A stretch of 62,195 nucleotides of DNA, counting the filler. It is 8 parts of 8 records of this genome, joined end to end, with 100 filler letters (N's around TTAATTAATTAA, not from the genome) between each part and the next. Parts side by side here need not be neighbours in the genome. Positions count along the whole stretch, not along the records: positions 19,760 to 24,985 come from SRR31147125_5103; positions 25,086 to 33,738 come from SRR31147125_5108; 6 more parts are not named here. The stretch is one strand, 5' to 3'. A program made the position numbers and the translations under genes. Of this stretch, positions 22,225-32,542 are shown in pieces. Position 1 is the stretch's first letter; each line of letters starts with the position of its first letter. A model generated the notes under the pieces. It was given only the letters and a program-made list of their open reading frames with translations, searched no databases and had not been told where the DNA came from.

Positions 22225-23079
22225 TTAAATCTGCAGTCTATTTCTAAAATTTTTCTCAAGAGGATACAGCCAAACATCTTTAATTGGAAGCACCTGTTTT
22301 TTGTTTTTTTCAAGTTTGCCCCGACCTTTGGTCTGCCCCACATGAATCCAATTTGCCGCCTTATAACAGGTGCCGGCAAAACGGTTACTTTGCACAAACG
22401 TCTCAAGCAACACAGGACGGAGATTGTACTTTTTTTCCCAATCATCAGGCAAGGTTCGAGCCGTCAATGCCAGGATTTTTGACGCTAGATTTTTTGATTT
22501 GATCCACGGCAAGATTAGGAATCGAGCATTGTTAACGATCAGATTCAGTCCTTTTTTTCTCTCTTCAGGATTCCATCCGATAAACTGATCTCTTGGCGCA
22601 GTTTGCCATGCAGCTGCGCCAAATCCTGTCAAAGCGACAAGCTGTTGACCAGCTGTGACAAAATAACGCAGCTGAGCACCGGGTAGCGGTGTGTAGCCGA
22701 GATAATGATAACGCTCAATGAATTCATTCCACAACGCGGAGTTTTTCCGGTTGACCAACTTCAGGCGCAACTGTGGCAGCTGATCGACAGGACGCTCTAC
22801 GGCGCACTGCGGATTCGTGGCAGAGGTGAATGTGATTTTTTTGATGGCACCTTTTGTATGCCTGGGGGGAGGCAGTTTGATCAACCCGTCTTCGTGCATT
22901 CGCAGCATGGCAACCCGGCAAGACATGTCTTTAAGTTTGCCGTCCGGTTTGAGCCACTGCAGCATCCGGCATACTTCAAAAGAAAGCCGATAGCGATTTA
23001 GCTTGGGATGTCGCTCGATAAATTCACGAATTTGTCGGATCTCATCGTCGGTAAATTGACGTCCACAATAGCGGATCAT
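22225..23079 (-). CDS. DUF4338-domain (Druantia DruA-like) protein
   Basis: YHYLGY, RDQFIGW, NNARFLILPW, NLASKIL, LLETFV, GTCYKAANW, GQTKGRG; ATGA overlap with the transposase stop. Confidence 0.85.
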   Translation of the reverse strand: MIRYCGRQFTDDEIRQIREFIERHPKLNRYRLSFEVCRMLQWLKPDGKLKDMSCRVAMLRMHEDGLIKLPPPRHTKGAIKKITFTSATNPQCAVERPVDQLPQLRLKLVNRKNSALWNEFIERYHYLGYTPLPGAQLRYFVTAGQQLVALTGFGAAAWQTAPRDQFIGWNPEERKKGLNLIVNNARFLILPWIKSKNLASKILALTARTLPDDWEKKYNLRPVLLETFVQSNRFAGTCYKAANWIHVGQTKGRGKLEKNKKQVLPIKDVWLYPLEKNFRNRLQI

Positions 23080-24776
23080 GAGGTGTCCGGATTGGATGGG
23101 GGAGGTTTTGAAAGTAGCTCTCGGCGGCCATCATCCATCTGCCAGGGAAGAAAAGGGGTAAGGTCATCCGGCACATGCCCACCGTTTTGGGCACATGCTG
23201 TGAGATAAGAGCGCAGCCAATGGCGAGGATTTAGCTCCCATAGTCCCAGCGTTTGAAAAATTGAAAACATCATGGCTGCCAGGGCGGAGCTCCATTGACT
23301 TCCGGAGCCATAGAAATTTTTGCGACCGGTAACGGGATTCCGAATCGCCTGTTCTCCGTTGTTATTGTCCATGGGAACCTGAGGATGATCGACAAAAACA
23401 GTCAGCCTTTCCCAGTGATTTTTGAGACTGGTCAATACCTTGGCTTTGACTTTACTGAGTAGATCCAAATCCGAATCGTCCGGATTGTTTACCTCTAAAA
23501 ACAGATCACGACTTTCAGCCATGGCATCCATTTTTGCGATGAGTTTGTCATGCTGCTCTTTGAAGGAATTCGATTGCCACTGTAATGGAAGCTTACTGTC
23601 GAATTCCCGCCGTCGTGGATTGTTGATATGATAAAGTTCACCGATGTCAGCGACCCAATCCATCGCCCACTCTTCAAGATCGGGGTGCTTTTGAGCGGCA
23701 TCTAAAAAATCGCGACGAACATGGGCCCAGCAAAACGCCAAAATAATGAAAGGCAACTGTTTTGCCAATGACTTGTATGCGCTGTATCTGTCACAAATGA
23801 CAATAGTGTCGATTTCGCGCTCTTTTGCCGGCTCAAAATACTCCACCGGCACCGAAGCCCCTCGGCTTTGAGCGATCTGAAAAAACACAATCGATTCTGA
23901 TCGACTGACCCACAGCCACCATAAATTCCCGGCTTTTCCTTCAACATGCTCAAACACCTTCCAACGGGTTTCATCATTGTGGAACAGGCGCTCTTCCATG
24001 ATTTGCTGCTCTTGGAGTGACTCATATATCGGAACAAACAACGCTTTGAGAATTTTCAACCCGCCTGTCACAGTGCCTTGAGAGATGGGTAGCCCCAGAT
24101 GGGTCAGCTCATTTAAAAATCGATGGGTCGGCTGGCAGTGCAGAAATTTGTTGATAAGAATCGATTCCCAAACTGAAGCTTCATAGGGACTTTTGGGGAT
24201 GGGTTTGAGGGCCTTGGGTGCGGTAATGACATGAGGTCCATTTTTGCATGTGCAGCCTTTTTTTACGCGTTGATTTTTTCTTCTGCGCTTATAAGCCTGG
24301 ACTTCCACTTCATAAATTTCTTCATCGTCACTCCCATCATCAATATAGGGCTTTCCACATTTTTCACATATCGGTATCTCGGAAAAGTTATTCTCTTCAA
24401 CTTTTTCCGGAAGATCCGGCCGTTTGGTTCTGCCATGTCCCCGGCTGCCGGGCTGCTGACCGCGAGGGTTGGGGGTGGATTCAGAAGAGCATTTTTCGCT
24501 CTTCTTGCTCTTTTTCTTCTCGCTGCTTTTTCCGTAAAGTCTCTTCTTTAGGGCACGGATTTCAGCGTCTTTTTCCTTGATGAGCTCTTTTAGTTTCTGC
24601 TCACGCGATTTTGATCTTTTGTGCAGAGATTTGAATCGACCCACATCGCATTTGAGCTCTAAATACTCTTTTTGAGAAACGGATATCTGAGAGTCTAATT
24701 GATGAAGTCGCTCAATTACTGGAGCTTCTGATTCATCGCGGAAGCATACGGCTTCATTTGTCTGAAATCTTGCCAT
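23076..24776 (-). CDS. IS66-family transposase (TnpC)
   Basis: Coiled coil ending LYGKSSEK, GQQPGSRGHGR, CxxC zinc finger, HNDET, CDRYSAY, CWAHVRRDF, DNNNGEQAIR...GRKN. Confidence 0.93.
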   Translation of the reverse strand: MARFQTNEAVCFRDESEAPVIERLHQLDSQISVSQKEYLELKCDVGRFKSLHKRSKSREQKLKELIKEKDAEIRALKKRLYGKSSEKKKSKKSEKCSSESTPNPRGQQPGSRGHGRTKRPDLPEKVEENNFSEIPICEKCGKPYIDDGSDDEEIYEVEVQAYKRRRKNQRVKKGCTCKNGPHVITAPKALKPIPKSPYEASVWESILINKFLHCQPTHRFLNELTHLGLPISQGTVTGGLKILKALFVPIYESLQEQQIMEERLFHNDETRWKVFEHVEGKAGNLWWLWVSRSESIVFFQIAQSRGASVPVEYFEPAKEREIDTIVICDRYSAYKSLAKQLPFIILAFCWAHVRRDFLDAAQKHPDLEEWAMDWVADIGELYHINNPRRREFDSKLPLQWQSNSFKEQHDKLIAKMDAMAESRDLFLEVNNPDDSDLDLLSKVKAKVLTSLKNHWERLTVFVDHPQVPMDNNNGEQAIRNPVTGRKNFYGSGSQWSSALAAMMFSIFQTLGLWELNPRHWLRSYLTACAQNGGHVPDDLTPFLPWQMDDGRRELLSKPPPSNPDTS

Positions 24777-25101
24777 GATTTTGAGTATAGCAAAGTCATG
24801 GATTTGTGTTCCGTACTTTTTGAAAAAAGTGGTTTAGGCGGTGTTAGGCAAGACAAGCCGAATATTTACCTTCACACGACTAATAATACAAAAATTTATT
24901 ATAGATATAAAAAGTACAGCAATTTTTAATATTGCATTTTTATATAGGTTATATACAATGCCGTTTCCTTAAGTCGTCGTTTTTANNNNNNNNNNNNNNN
25001 NNNNNNNNNNNNNNNNNNNNNNNNNNNNNTTAATTAATTAANNNNNNNNNNNNNNNNNNNNNNNNNNNNNNNNNNNNNNNNNNNNAAATAAATTGCAAAA
25101 A

Positions 25102-26865
25102 TCACATTACTTCGTAGCTCAGATTCATTGCAACAATTGAATCCAAATCTTCTGGACTAGCTTCGGGTATATTAATAAATAAATTATCCTTTGCCCTACT
25201 ACAGCCAACATAGTACGTTCTGCATGCATCATCATCGGAATCAATATTATTTGCACCATTCAAAATATAATTTTTAAAATCTGGCACGGTATCGAAATGA
25301 ACAAGCGTATTCTTAAATTCAGTTCCTTTTGCACTGTGTATTGTTCTAATTTTATCTTCCGATTTAGTGTCAACTTTGATATGAGGAAGAAGGTCGTTGA
25401 TAGTATGCGACTCATAAAAAACTTTAGCTCCACCTGCACGAAAACCACTTCCTATATAAAAATTATATTCATCAAATATTGTCTGTCTTAGTTCTGTGTA
25501 GAAATTATAAATGGTTTTATCTCTATTGTTAACTTCTTTCAAGCTTTCAATAATTGTAATTGCCATTTTTCGTAAATCAAGTTTCAACACTTTTTTACTA
25601 CTCGCACGTTTAAGCGGATTCATTGTTTCTTTCAGCGAATTCTTTAAGTCGGTTTTTAAATAGAACTTGTATCCCATCAATAACGAATGTATAAGTCTTG
25701 CTCTACCTGAATTTGAGTCACTCGAATAAAGTTCCTTTAACAAATCATCGTTTACAGCACCAATTTGGTTATTTATCTCTGATACAGATATGTTCTTTCT
25801 GGTTAAGATATACAAATCTTGGTCAGGGAATTTTTGCTCGAACCAATCAGATGCGGATTGAACAGTTCCTACTAAAACCGTTGGACTGATTCCCTCAATA
25901 GTATCTTCTCCATATTCTTGATTTATATCTGGTCGAAGTAAATTTAAGAAGTCAATTATCTTTTCTGTAGAACGGTAATTCTGATTTAGTTTGTACTCAT
26001 TTATGTCACCTTTCATAAAATTAATGAAATCTGACCTTTGAGCCCCAGTAAATTTATAAATTGATTGTGCTAAATCTCCAACAAGCCCAACCTTCGTATC
26101 AGTCTCAGCAATTTTATTAATAATCCAGGTTTGTAATTCAGTAGTGTCCTGAAATTCATCAATAAATATATAAGGGAATTTATTTCGGATAAATTCTACT
26201 ACTCTTGGCGACTTTTGAAAGATAAAATAGGAAAAATACAAAACATCTTCATGGTGCATAATACCATCATTCCAATATTTCGATTTGTAAACCCATAGCT
26301 CACCATTTTTGCGTGGAATTGGAGCACCTCTGCGCTTTCTCATAATTAAATCAATATCGCCTTCGTTTGTAAAGGCAAAATCAATACTAGACAACTCGTC
26401 AATCGCAAGTGGTTTTGCTCTGGCTGAATGCAGAATGTTATAATTTTTTCTGTTTAAATCACTTATCGTTTGTACCCATCTTCTATATCTATCTCCTTGT
26501 ACGATATGTTCCTCATGTCCGTCCAGTTTTTTGATATCGAATAAAACTTGTTCATTGTCATCACGAGCTATCAAATATGAAAATGGTTTGACAACATTTC
26601 GATATAAGAAACTGTGGATAGTTGAAATATCAAACCTATTCTTATCACACTTTAATCTATTATTGATTTCATCTGCAGCCACATTAGTATATGTGATGCA
26701 AGCAATGCGTCCTGTTTTGCCTAAACGAGATGATTTTTTTAAAATTCGTTCCAAATGAGAAATGAGCCATGTTGTTTTACCTGCACCTGGACCAGCATAA
26801 ACTTTAAAATTGGTTTCAATATCTTCAAGATTTGAAACATGTGGCAGTTCATCTATATTTACCAT
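25102..26865 (-). CDS. UvrD-like SF1 helicase (GajB-like)
   Basis: AGPGAGKTT, ITYTN, FIDEFQDT, VGDLAQSIY, NYRST, TIHSAKGTEF, YVGCSRAK. Confidence 0.88.
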   Translation of the reverse strand: MVNIDELPHVSNLEDIETNFKVYAGPGAGKTTWLISHLERILKKSSRLGKTGRIACITYTNVAADEINNRLKCDKNRFDISTIHSFLYRNVVKPFSYLIARDDNEQVLFDIKKLDGHEEHIVQGDRYRRWVQTISDLNRKNYNILHSARAKPLAIDELSSIDFAFTNEGDIDLIMRKRRGAPIPRKNGELWVYKSKYWNDGIMHHEDVLYFSYFIFQKSPRVVEFIRNKFPYIFIDEFQDTTELQTWIINKIAETDTKVGLVGDLAQSIYKFTGAQRSDFINFMKGDINEYKLNQNYRSTEKIIDFLNLLRPDINQEYGEDTIEGISPTVLVGTVQSASDWFEQKFPDQDLYILTRKNISVSEINNQIGAVNDDLLKELYSSDSNSGRARLIHSLLMGYKFYLKTDLKNSLKETMNPLKRASSKKVLKLDLRKMAITIIESLKEVNNRDKTIYNFYTELRQTIFDEYNFYIGSGFRAGGAKVFYESHTINDLLPHIKVDTKSEDKIRTIHSAKGTEFKNTLVHFDTVPDFKNYILNGANNIDSDDDACRTYYVGCSRAKDNLFINIPEASPEDLDSIVAMNLSYEVM

Positions 26866-28958
26866 CTATTCTACAATTTTATTTAAAGCTTCAATAATAT
26901 AGTCTGGAATATGAAACTCAATTTTAGCTTCCCCTCTTTCAAATAATTCGACCTCAATTTTTTCTCAAGATATAAAGCATGTTCACCTTTCGAATTACTT
27001 ACAATGGTATAATAAATAGCGGCAATTAATGCTCTTTGTTTTTCTTCGTCTTCCCAATCAGATTCATTTATTTTTGCCAGAATCTTATTATCATTAATAT
27101 TCTCTATACCAAGTTTATTTTGGTATTCTTGCATTATTTGCTCCGTTGTTGTTCCAAAATGTGAATTAACCTCTCTGTAATTTTCAGGAGTATGGGCACT
27201 ATTTTGAGAAGGGAAAGATTCAGTAATCAAAAGCTCTGAATTTGGATTCATTTTAGCAAGTTCATATTCCAGTGTTTTTCCGGTTCCCGCTTCAGGATGA
27301 AAAACAGAAATATTATCAAATTTATCTTCGTAACTACTTTTCATTTCTTCTATATGCGTTGATATGGCTTTACTATCATCTGATTCATCAAGCATAAATG
27401 GGAAAGTAGAAACCCATCTGTTATTCAGTTTAATAGCTGGGTCTGCATCTGTAATACAAACAACTTGCTTGTTTATCGCATATACGTTTTCTGTTGCGTG
27501 GTATGCAAATAGTTTAAGAAAATGTTTAAATGTCCTGCTATCAACACTTATAATACTTACATGCTTATTAAGCAATTCATTTTCAATTCCAAGATACTCC
27601 GCAAAACAAGGGAGTAAAAGCTGTTCAGCAAGTCCTTCAACAAATATCAGCCTATCAGCAAAAAGCATATTGGATTTAGTAGCATCCAAAAATCTTTTAA
27701 TGTAATTTTTTGAATTTTTGTCTTCATTCGAGCTTGTAAAAACTTTGGCAGGATAACCAACTTGGAATTTTGATTCAGAATCTTCATAAAGACATATGAT
27801 AGAATCTAAATCTACTGCTGACGTAATATGTGTTGAATGAGATGTTATAAATATTTGACGTGCCTGCTTGTTCGTTTCCAAATTATTATTTAAGAATTTC
27901 AGGAATTTTGATTGCATTGATGGATGAAGATGTGCTTCTGGTTCTTCTATAGCAAGTATAGGAAACACCTTTGCATTATCTCCCATATATGCAGAGCATT
28001 CCATTTGCATTTTTGCCAGTATTAATGCGATAAAAAGCAAATTATTATAGCCCAAACCATTGTTTTTTATGGGAATTTTAAAGCCTTGCTTGCTTACAAT
28101 TAAGCGAAGAGCATATAGTAATTCTTGTTCCGTAATCTCAGCATCAAAATCAGGAGTGCCACCTTTGTCTGCACCAGTATCCTTTGAATATTGTAGAATT
28201 TTTTCTTTGTCAATTCTGCCAATTAATATTTCAAGAAGTTCTTTCGACTTTATTTCAAATTCTTCTTCCCTTTGTCTCAATAATAAAACATTTTCTTCAG
28301 ACAAATTTTCAAAGCCCTGACCTTGGGTAAGGTCATAATCCAGGAAATAATTTAAAACATCTCTTAAAAGAGTATTATTTCCAAAAAACATTTGTCTCTC
28401 GGCATCCCTGATAGCATCTAAAAATTGGAAATCAAATCTCTCCAAGTTTTCAGATTCTGCTTTTTCCTGTTTGGCAGGTTCACCTCCATATATTCGGGCA
28501 ACATACTTAGGTAAAAACTTTTTACCTATTAAACGCAAACATTTTTCCTGAATATAATTTCCATCTTCATCCTTGCACAATTCAATTTGACTTGAATAAT
28601 CTTCTTGATATTTGGAAGGCAATGAAAAAACATAAGTTAATTGGGCTGTATATTCCGGTGAATCCTTTATTAGCCAATCGTAAATCACGTTTTTATCATC
28701 TTCAATATCATTGTGCTCTTTTATTAAAATTGAAACTTCAATTGAAGGAGGATTTGAGTAATCAGTAATTTCCTTACAAAAATCGTCGATGGCAGGTTTA
28801 TCGTCGTTATTTCTGTTAAGGACTAATTGTAATGCCTTTATTAAGTTTGTTTTGCCTGAATTATTATGACCAATAATAATATTTAATCCTGGCATGAACT
28901 CAATTGTAGATTCTCTAAAACTTCTGTAATTTTTAATAGTAATTTCTGAAATAAACAT
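26866..28958 (-). CDS. OLD-family ATP-dependent nuclease (ABC ATPase + TOPRIM; GajA-like); probable late frameshift near 26935
   Basis: GHNNSGKT, GLGYNN, IEEPEAHLHP, ITSHS, FVEG..E, TDAD; an alternative frame gives FHIPDYIIEALNKIVE with its TAG abutting the helicase ATG. Confidence 0.88.
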
Positions 28959-29218
28959 GGCTTAGGTATTTGGATATTTTTGGAACTAATGCTTAAAATT
29001 ACACAAAATTTCGTTGTTAACATAAGCGAAATTTCTATAATTAGTTAAATGTAATGGCTTGTGTAACATTTATGAAAAAAAACAGTGAGCTAGGTCAATG
29101 TTCGAGAAAGTATAAGTTGCAAGTTGCTCTCATATTTGAACAATAACCTTATGGATTAAGTTGATAATTCTATTACTTTGTTTTGCTAAAATAAAGTCGA
29201 TAATTTCAATTATTTATT

Positions 29219-29911
29219 ATGCATGAATTTACAATAAAAAACAAACTGGTAGATTTGATTCATTCAAACTATCATTTATTGCCTGTTATACATCGATTTG
29301 GTATTAGACTTGGGGTTGGAAACAAAACGGTCGAAACTATTTGTGTGCAATATAAAATTAATGCCGATTTTTTTCTATCAATTGTAAACACTTTCCAAAA
29401 CAAAGATTTTCTTCCAGACGACAAACTATTTTCATTTTCACCTCTTCTTATAATCGACTACCTTAGAAGAACCCATAAATATTATAAAGATTATTCCCTC
29501 CCACGAATCGAAAAACTCTTAAATGAGTTACAACTAAGTGCGAATCAACAGAATAATGAGATGAGAATGATTGAGGAATTTTATCTTAAATACAAAACTA
29601 AATTGCTTAGCCACATTGATGATGAAGAAAATAAAGTATTCCCATATATCATCAAACTAGTTAATACTCCAACTGAGATTGAAAACAAAAATTTTAAGAT
29701 AAACTTTGAAGAAGAGCATGAAAATGTTGATTTAGAAATTGATGATTTAAAAAACCTAATTATCAAATACTTAAAACCAAGTTACAATGAACTAATCTGC
29801 AATGAGCTACTTATTGAAATATTTCGGTTTGAGCGAGACATATTAAATCATGCCCGAATTGAAGACACAATTTTAATCCCGCAGGTTAAACAACTTCAAA
29901 ATAGCATCTAA
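29219..29911 (+). CDS. Hemerythrin/HHE-domain protein (RIC/ScdA-like)
   Basis: YLRRTH, HIDDEENKVFP, EEEH, HARIEDTILIP metal-ligand pattern. Confidence 0.85.
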   Translation: MHEFTIKNKLVDLIHSNYHLLPVIHRFGIRLGVGNKTVETICVQYKINADFFLSIVNTFQNKDFLPDDKLFSFSPLLIIDYLRRTHKYYKDYSLPRIEKLLNELQLSANQQNNEMRMIEEFYLKYKTKLLSHIDDEENKVFPYIIKLVNTPTEIENKNFKINFEEEHENVDLEIDDLKNLIIKYLKPSYNELICNELLIEIFRFERDILNHARIEDTILIPQVKQLQNSI

Positions 29912-29912
29912 T

Positions 29913-30500
29913 ATGGCGTGTGCTGTTATTATATCGCATCCATCTGAGATAATTAGAAAAGGGATTTTCAGCATTCTTGAAAACGAAGTTGATGCAACAG
30001 TTCTTTGTTTCGAAAATCTGTATGATGTAAAAGAACACCTGTTTGTTACCTACAATGAAATAGCATTTGTGTTGCCTCTTGAAGAAAATCAGTCTGAAAT
30101 TCTAACTAACTTTAGATTTAAATCAAATGAGATATTTGTAGTCGGGATTATTACGAAAAATACAGAAACAGCTTTTATGCATTTCGATTATCTTTTTAAC
30201 ATAGATAATCCCGCACAGGAACTTGTGCAACATATAAAACAGCATTTAAACGAAAGCATCACCAGTGTTGACGATGAAGAACTTTCAACTCGTGAAAAAG
30301 AAGTCCTCCGATTGATTGCCATGGGACAAACAAATAAATCTATTGCCGACACCTTGTACATAAGCACCCACACGGTTATTTCACACCGTAAAAACATTAC
30401 CGACAAATTAGGGATTAAGTCCATTCCGGGGCTTACGGTTTATGCAATAATTCAGAAAATTGTATCACAAGCCGACATCTCAAAAACACAATTGACTTAA
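29913..30500 (+). CDS. LuxR-family regulator with degenerate receiver-like N-terminus
   Basis: LSTREKEVLRLIAMGQTNKSIADTLYISTHTVISHRKNI. Confidence 0.9.
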   Translation: MACAVIISHPSEIIRKGIFSILENEVDATVLCFENLYDVKEHLFVTYNEIAFVLPLEENQSEILTNFRFKSNEIFVVGIITKNTETAFMHFDYLFNIDNPAQELVQHIKQHLNESITSVDDEELSTREKEVLRLIAMGQTNKSIADTLYISTHTVISHRKNITDKLGIKSIPGLTVYAIIQKIVSQADISKTQLT

Positions 30501-30522
30501 TTTTTTCATTTTGTTTCTAAAA

Positions 30523-30569
30523 ATCCCAACATGTTGGGATATTATTTTGAACAGCTCTAAATAGTTTTG
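30523..30569 (+). promoter_or_regulatory. Perfect 18-bp palindrome (putative LuxR operator) plus Bacteroidetes -7 promoter element
   Basis: ATCCCAACATGTTGGGAT (30523-30540); TAGTTTTG (TAnnTTTG) at 30562-30569, upstream of ATG 30600. Confidence 0.65.
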
Positions 30570-30599
30570 CAGCCAGAAGAAATACTAAAAAACAGAACA

Positions 30600-31787
30600 A
30601 TGATTAAAAAGTCTTTTCTCGTACTTGCACTTGTAGTTTATGCATTTGCTAGTCATGCGCAAAACAACCAAACTACCGACAATGCCGCCTATAACGCAGC
30701 AGACAAGTTATTAAATTCAGATACCAAACTATCTATTGGAGGATATGCTCAAATTGATTACAACCAACCCATAGTTGATAGTGAGTACAGTAATGGCAAA
30801 CTTGATGTACACCGGATGATTTTACTTTTTAGTTATCAATTTAATGAAAAGACTAAGTTTTTAACGGAGATTGAAATTGAACATGTAAAAGAAGTTTATG
30901 TGGAACAAGCTTTCCTTAACCATGAGTTTTTACCCTGGTTAAATTTCCGCGGAGGATTGATGTTGGTACCAATGGGAATTATTAACGAATACCATGAACC
31001 GCCTGTATACAATGGAGTTGAACGCCCAAACCTCGACAGTAAAATTGTACCCACCACTTGGCGCGAAATTGGTGCCGGTTTTACTGGAAGAATCGATAAT
31101 GCTGCGTTAAAATACCAATTGTACGTAATGAATGGATTTAATGGATACAACAATGGTGGCTTTTTCCGTGGAACCGATGGCTATAGGAAAGGACGTCAAA
31201 AAGGTGCTGAATCATTTATGAGTTCACCAACTCTTGCTACAAAAATTGATTATTACGGAATACCTGGATTAAAATTAGGGTTTAGTACCTATAACGGGAA
31301 ATCACAATCATCAATGTACGATGGTTTGGATAAAGATGATGAATTGGGTAAGGCACAAGCTGATTCATCTGTAATTGGCATTTCAATGATTGGTTTTGAC
31401 GCTCGCTATGTAAATGGCGGATTTGAAGCCAGAGGGCAGTTTAATTTAGCCAACAATAAAAACACTGCAGAATATAATGATTTCACTGGAAAAGATATAG
31501 GTAGCCAAATGATTGGTTGGTACCTTGAAGCTGGTTACGATATACTATTTAATGCAAAAACAGACCAAAGATTGGTACCTTTTGTACGTTACGAAAAATA
31601 TGACACACACTCTAAAACGGAAGGAGACCTAGAGGTTAATCCGGCATACGACCGCACAGATGTTACCGTAGGAGCAGGTTGGTGGTTAACTTCGGGAGCA
31701 GTATTAAAAGCCGACTATCAGTTCTTTAGCAATGCTGCCAATAAATCAAACGGTCAGTTTAATATGGGTATTGGAATCTGGTTCTAA
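30600..31787 (+). CDS. Outer-membrane beta-barrel porin (OprO/OprP-like superfamily)
   Basis: Signal peptide; amphipathic strands; HEPP...VERP...IVPTTWRE; C-terminal aromatic residues (GIWF). Confidence 0.7.
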   Translation: MIKKSFLVLALVVYAFASHAQNNQTTDNAAYNAADKLLNSDTKLSIGGYAQIDYNQPIVDSEYSNGKLDVHRMILLFSYQFNEKTKFLTEIEIEHVKEVYVEQAFLNHEFLPWLNFRGGLMLVPMGIINEYHEPPVYNGVERPNLDSKIVPTTWREIGAGFTGRIDNAALKYQLYVMNGFNGYNNGGFFRGTDGYRKGRQKGAESFMSSPTLATKIDYYGIPGLKLGFSTYNGKSQSSMYDGLDKDDELGKAQADSSVIGISMIGFDARYVNGGFEARGQFNLANNKNTAEYNDFTGKDIGSQMIGWYLEAGYDILFNAKTDQRLVPFVRYEKYDTHSKTEGDLEVNPAYDRTDVTVGAGWWLTSGAVLKADYQFFSNAANKSNGQFNMGIGIWF

Positions 31788-31788
31788 A

Positions 31789-32310
31789 ATGAAAAAAACA
31801 AGCATAATAACGTTTATAATCATTGTCCTGGCTATTTCAAATAGCTGGGGCAACGATTTCTATTCTAACAAACAAGCTGAAAAGTTTGCTAAAATTGCCT
31901 TAAAGGATAAAAACATTTTCTTAAAACAAAAAATTGAGATAACAGAAACCTTCGGAAAAAAGGAGAATATTTCAGTCTATTTGTTCGAAAAGAAATCAGG
32001 AACAGACTTTTATGTTCTTATAACGCAAGCTAAAGGTCGCTACGATGTTTTTGATTATTTGGTGGCTGCAAATACGAATTTTGAGGTAGAGAAAGTAAAA
32101 GTTCTTAAATACCGTTCAGAACATGGTGGAGAAATAGCCTCCAAAAAATGGTTAACACAATTCATTGGATATTCTAATGGCGAGTTGAAGTATAAAAAAG
32201 ATATTTCGGCTATTTCTGGTGCAACCATTTCTGCTAACTCAATTACCTCTGACATTCAAAATATTGTAAAAATCTTGAGAATTAATGTACAACAAAATAT
32301 GACCAATTGA
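31789..32310 (+). CDS. FMN-binding domain protein (flavinylation substrate)
   Basis: Signal/anchor segment; YRSEHGGEI...WLTQF; ISGATIS matches the [S/T]GA[S/T] flavinylation motif. Confidence 0.8.
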   Translation: MKKTSIITFIIIVLAISNSWGNDFYSNKQAEKFAKIALKDKNIFLKQKIEITETFGKKENISVYLFEKKSGTDFYVLITQAKGRYDVFDYLVAANTNFEVEKVKVLKYRSEHGGEIASKKWLTQFIGYSNGELKYKKDISAISGATISANSITSDIQNIVKILRINVQQNMTN

Positions 32311-32542
32311 GTTTTTTAGTATTCTTTGTGTTTTGTATTCCTTTTAAAAGATAAATCTTTTGGTGTTAGATGGTCTTTATTTCTTCAAAATGGCTGAATA
32401 GATATTGCATCTGACTCAACTCTTGTTCCATCTCAAAACTCCTGCTAAAGCCGAACTAAATGCAATAGTATTAAATTCATAAAGGAATTACATCAAACTT
32501 TTTCAATAAAAAAACGTTTCTTTGTTAGTAGTCATAATGAAA

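Larger units (their letters stand above)
22197..24869 (-). mobile_element. IS66-like element (2673 bp) encoding TnpC plus a DUF4338 passenger
   Basis: Terminal IRs GTAAATATTCAGCTT (22197-22211) and GTAAATATTCGGCTT (reverse complement, 24855-24869), 14/15 match, IS66-type GTAA ends; no TSD. Confidence 0.85.

Noticed and set aside
21879-22445. 188-aa ORF read as a complete gene
   Set aside because: Chimeric: the N-terminal part is an off-frame read of the IS end and DUF4338; only 21879-22196 is Tn3-derived.
22225-23079. Complete Druantia defence system
   Set aside because: No DruE helicase or other dru genes; the gene lies inside IS ends.
32400-32470. TATTGCAT...ATGCAATA arms around GCTAAAGCC
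   Set aside because: Probably a decayed REP-like element; single weak copy.
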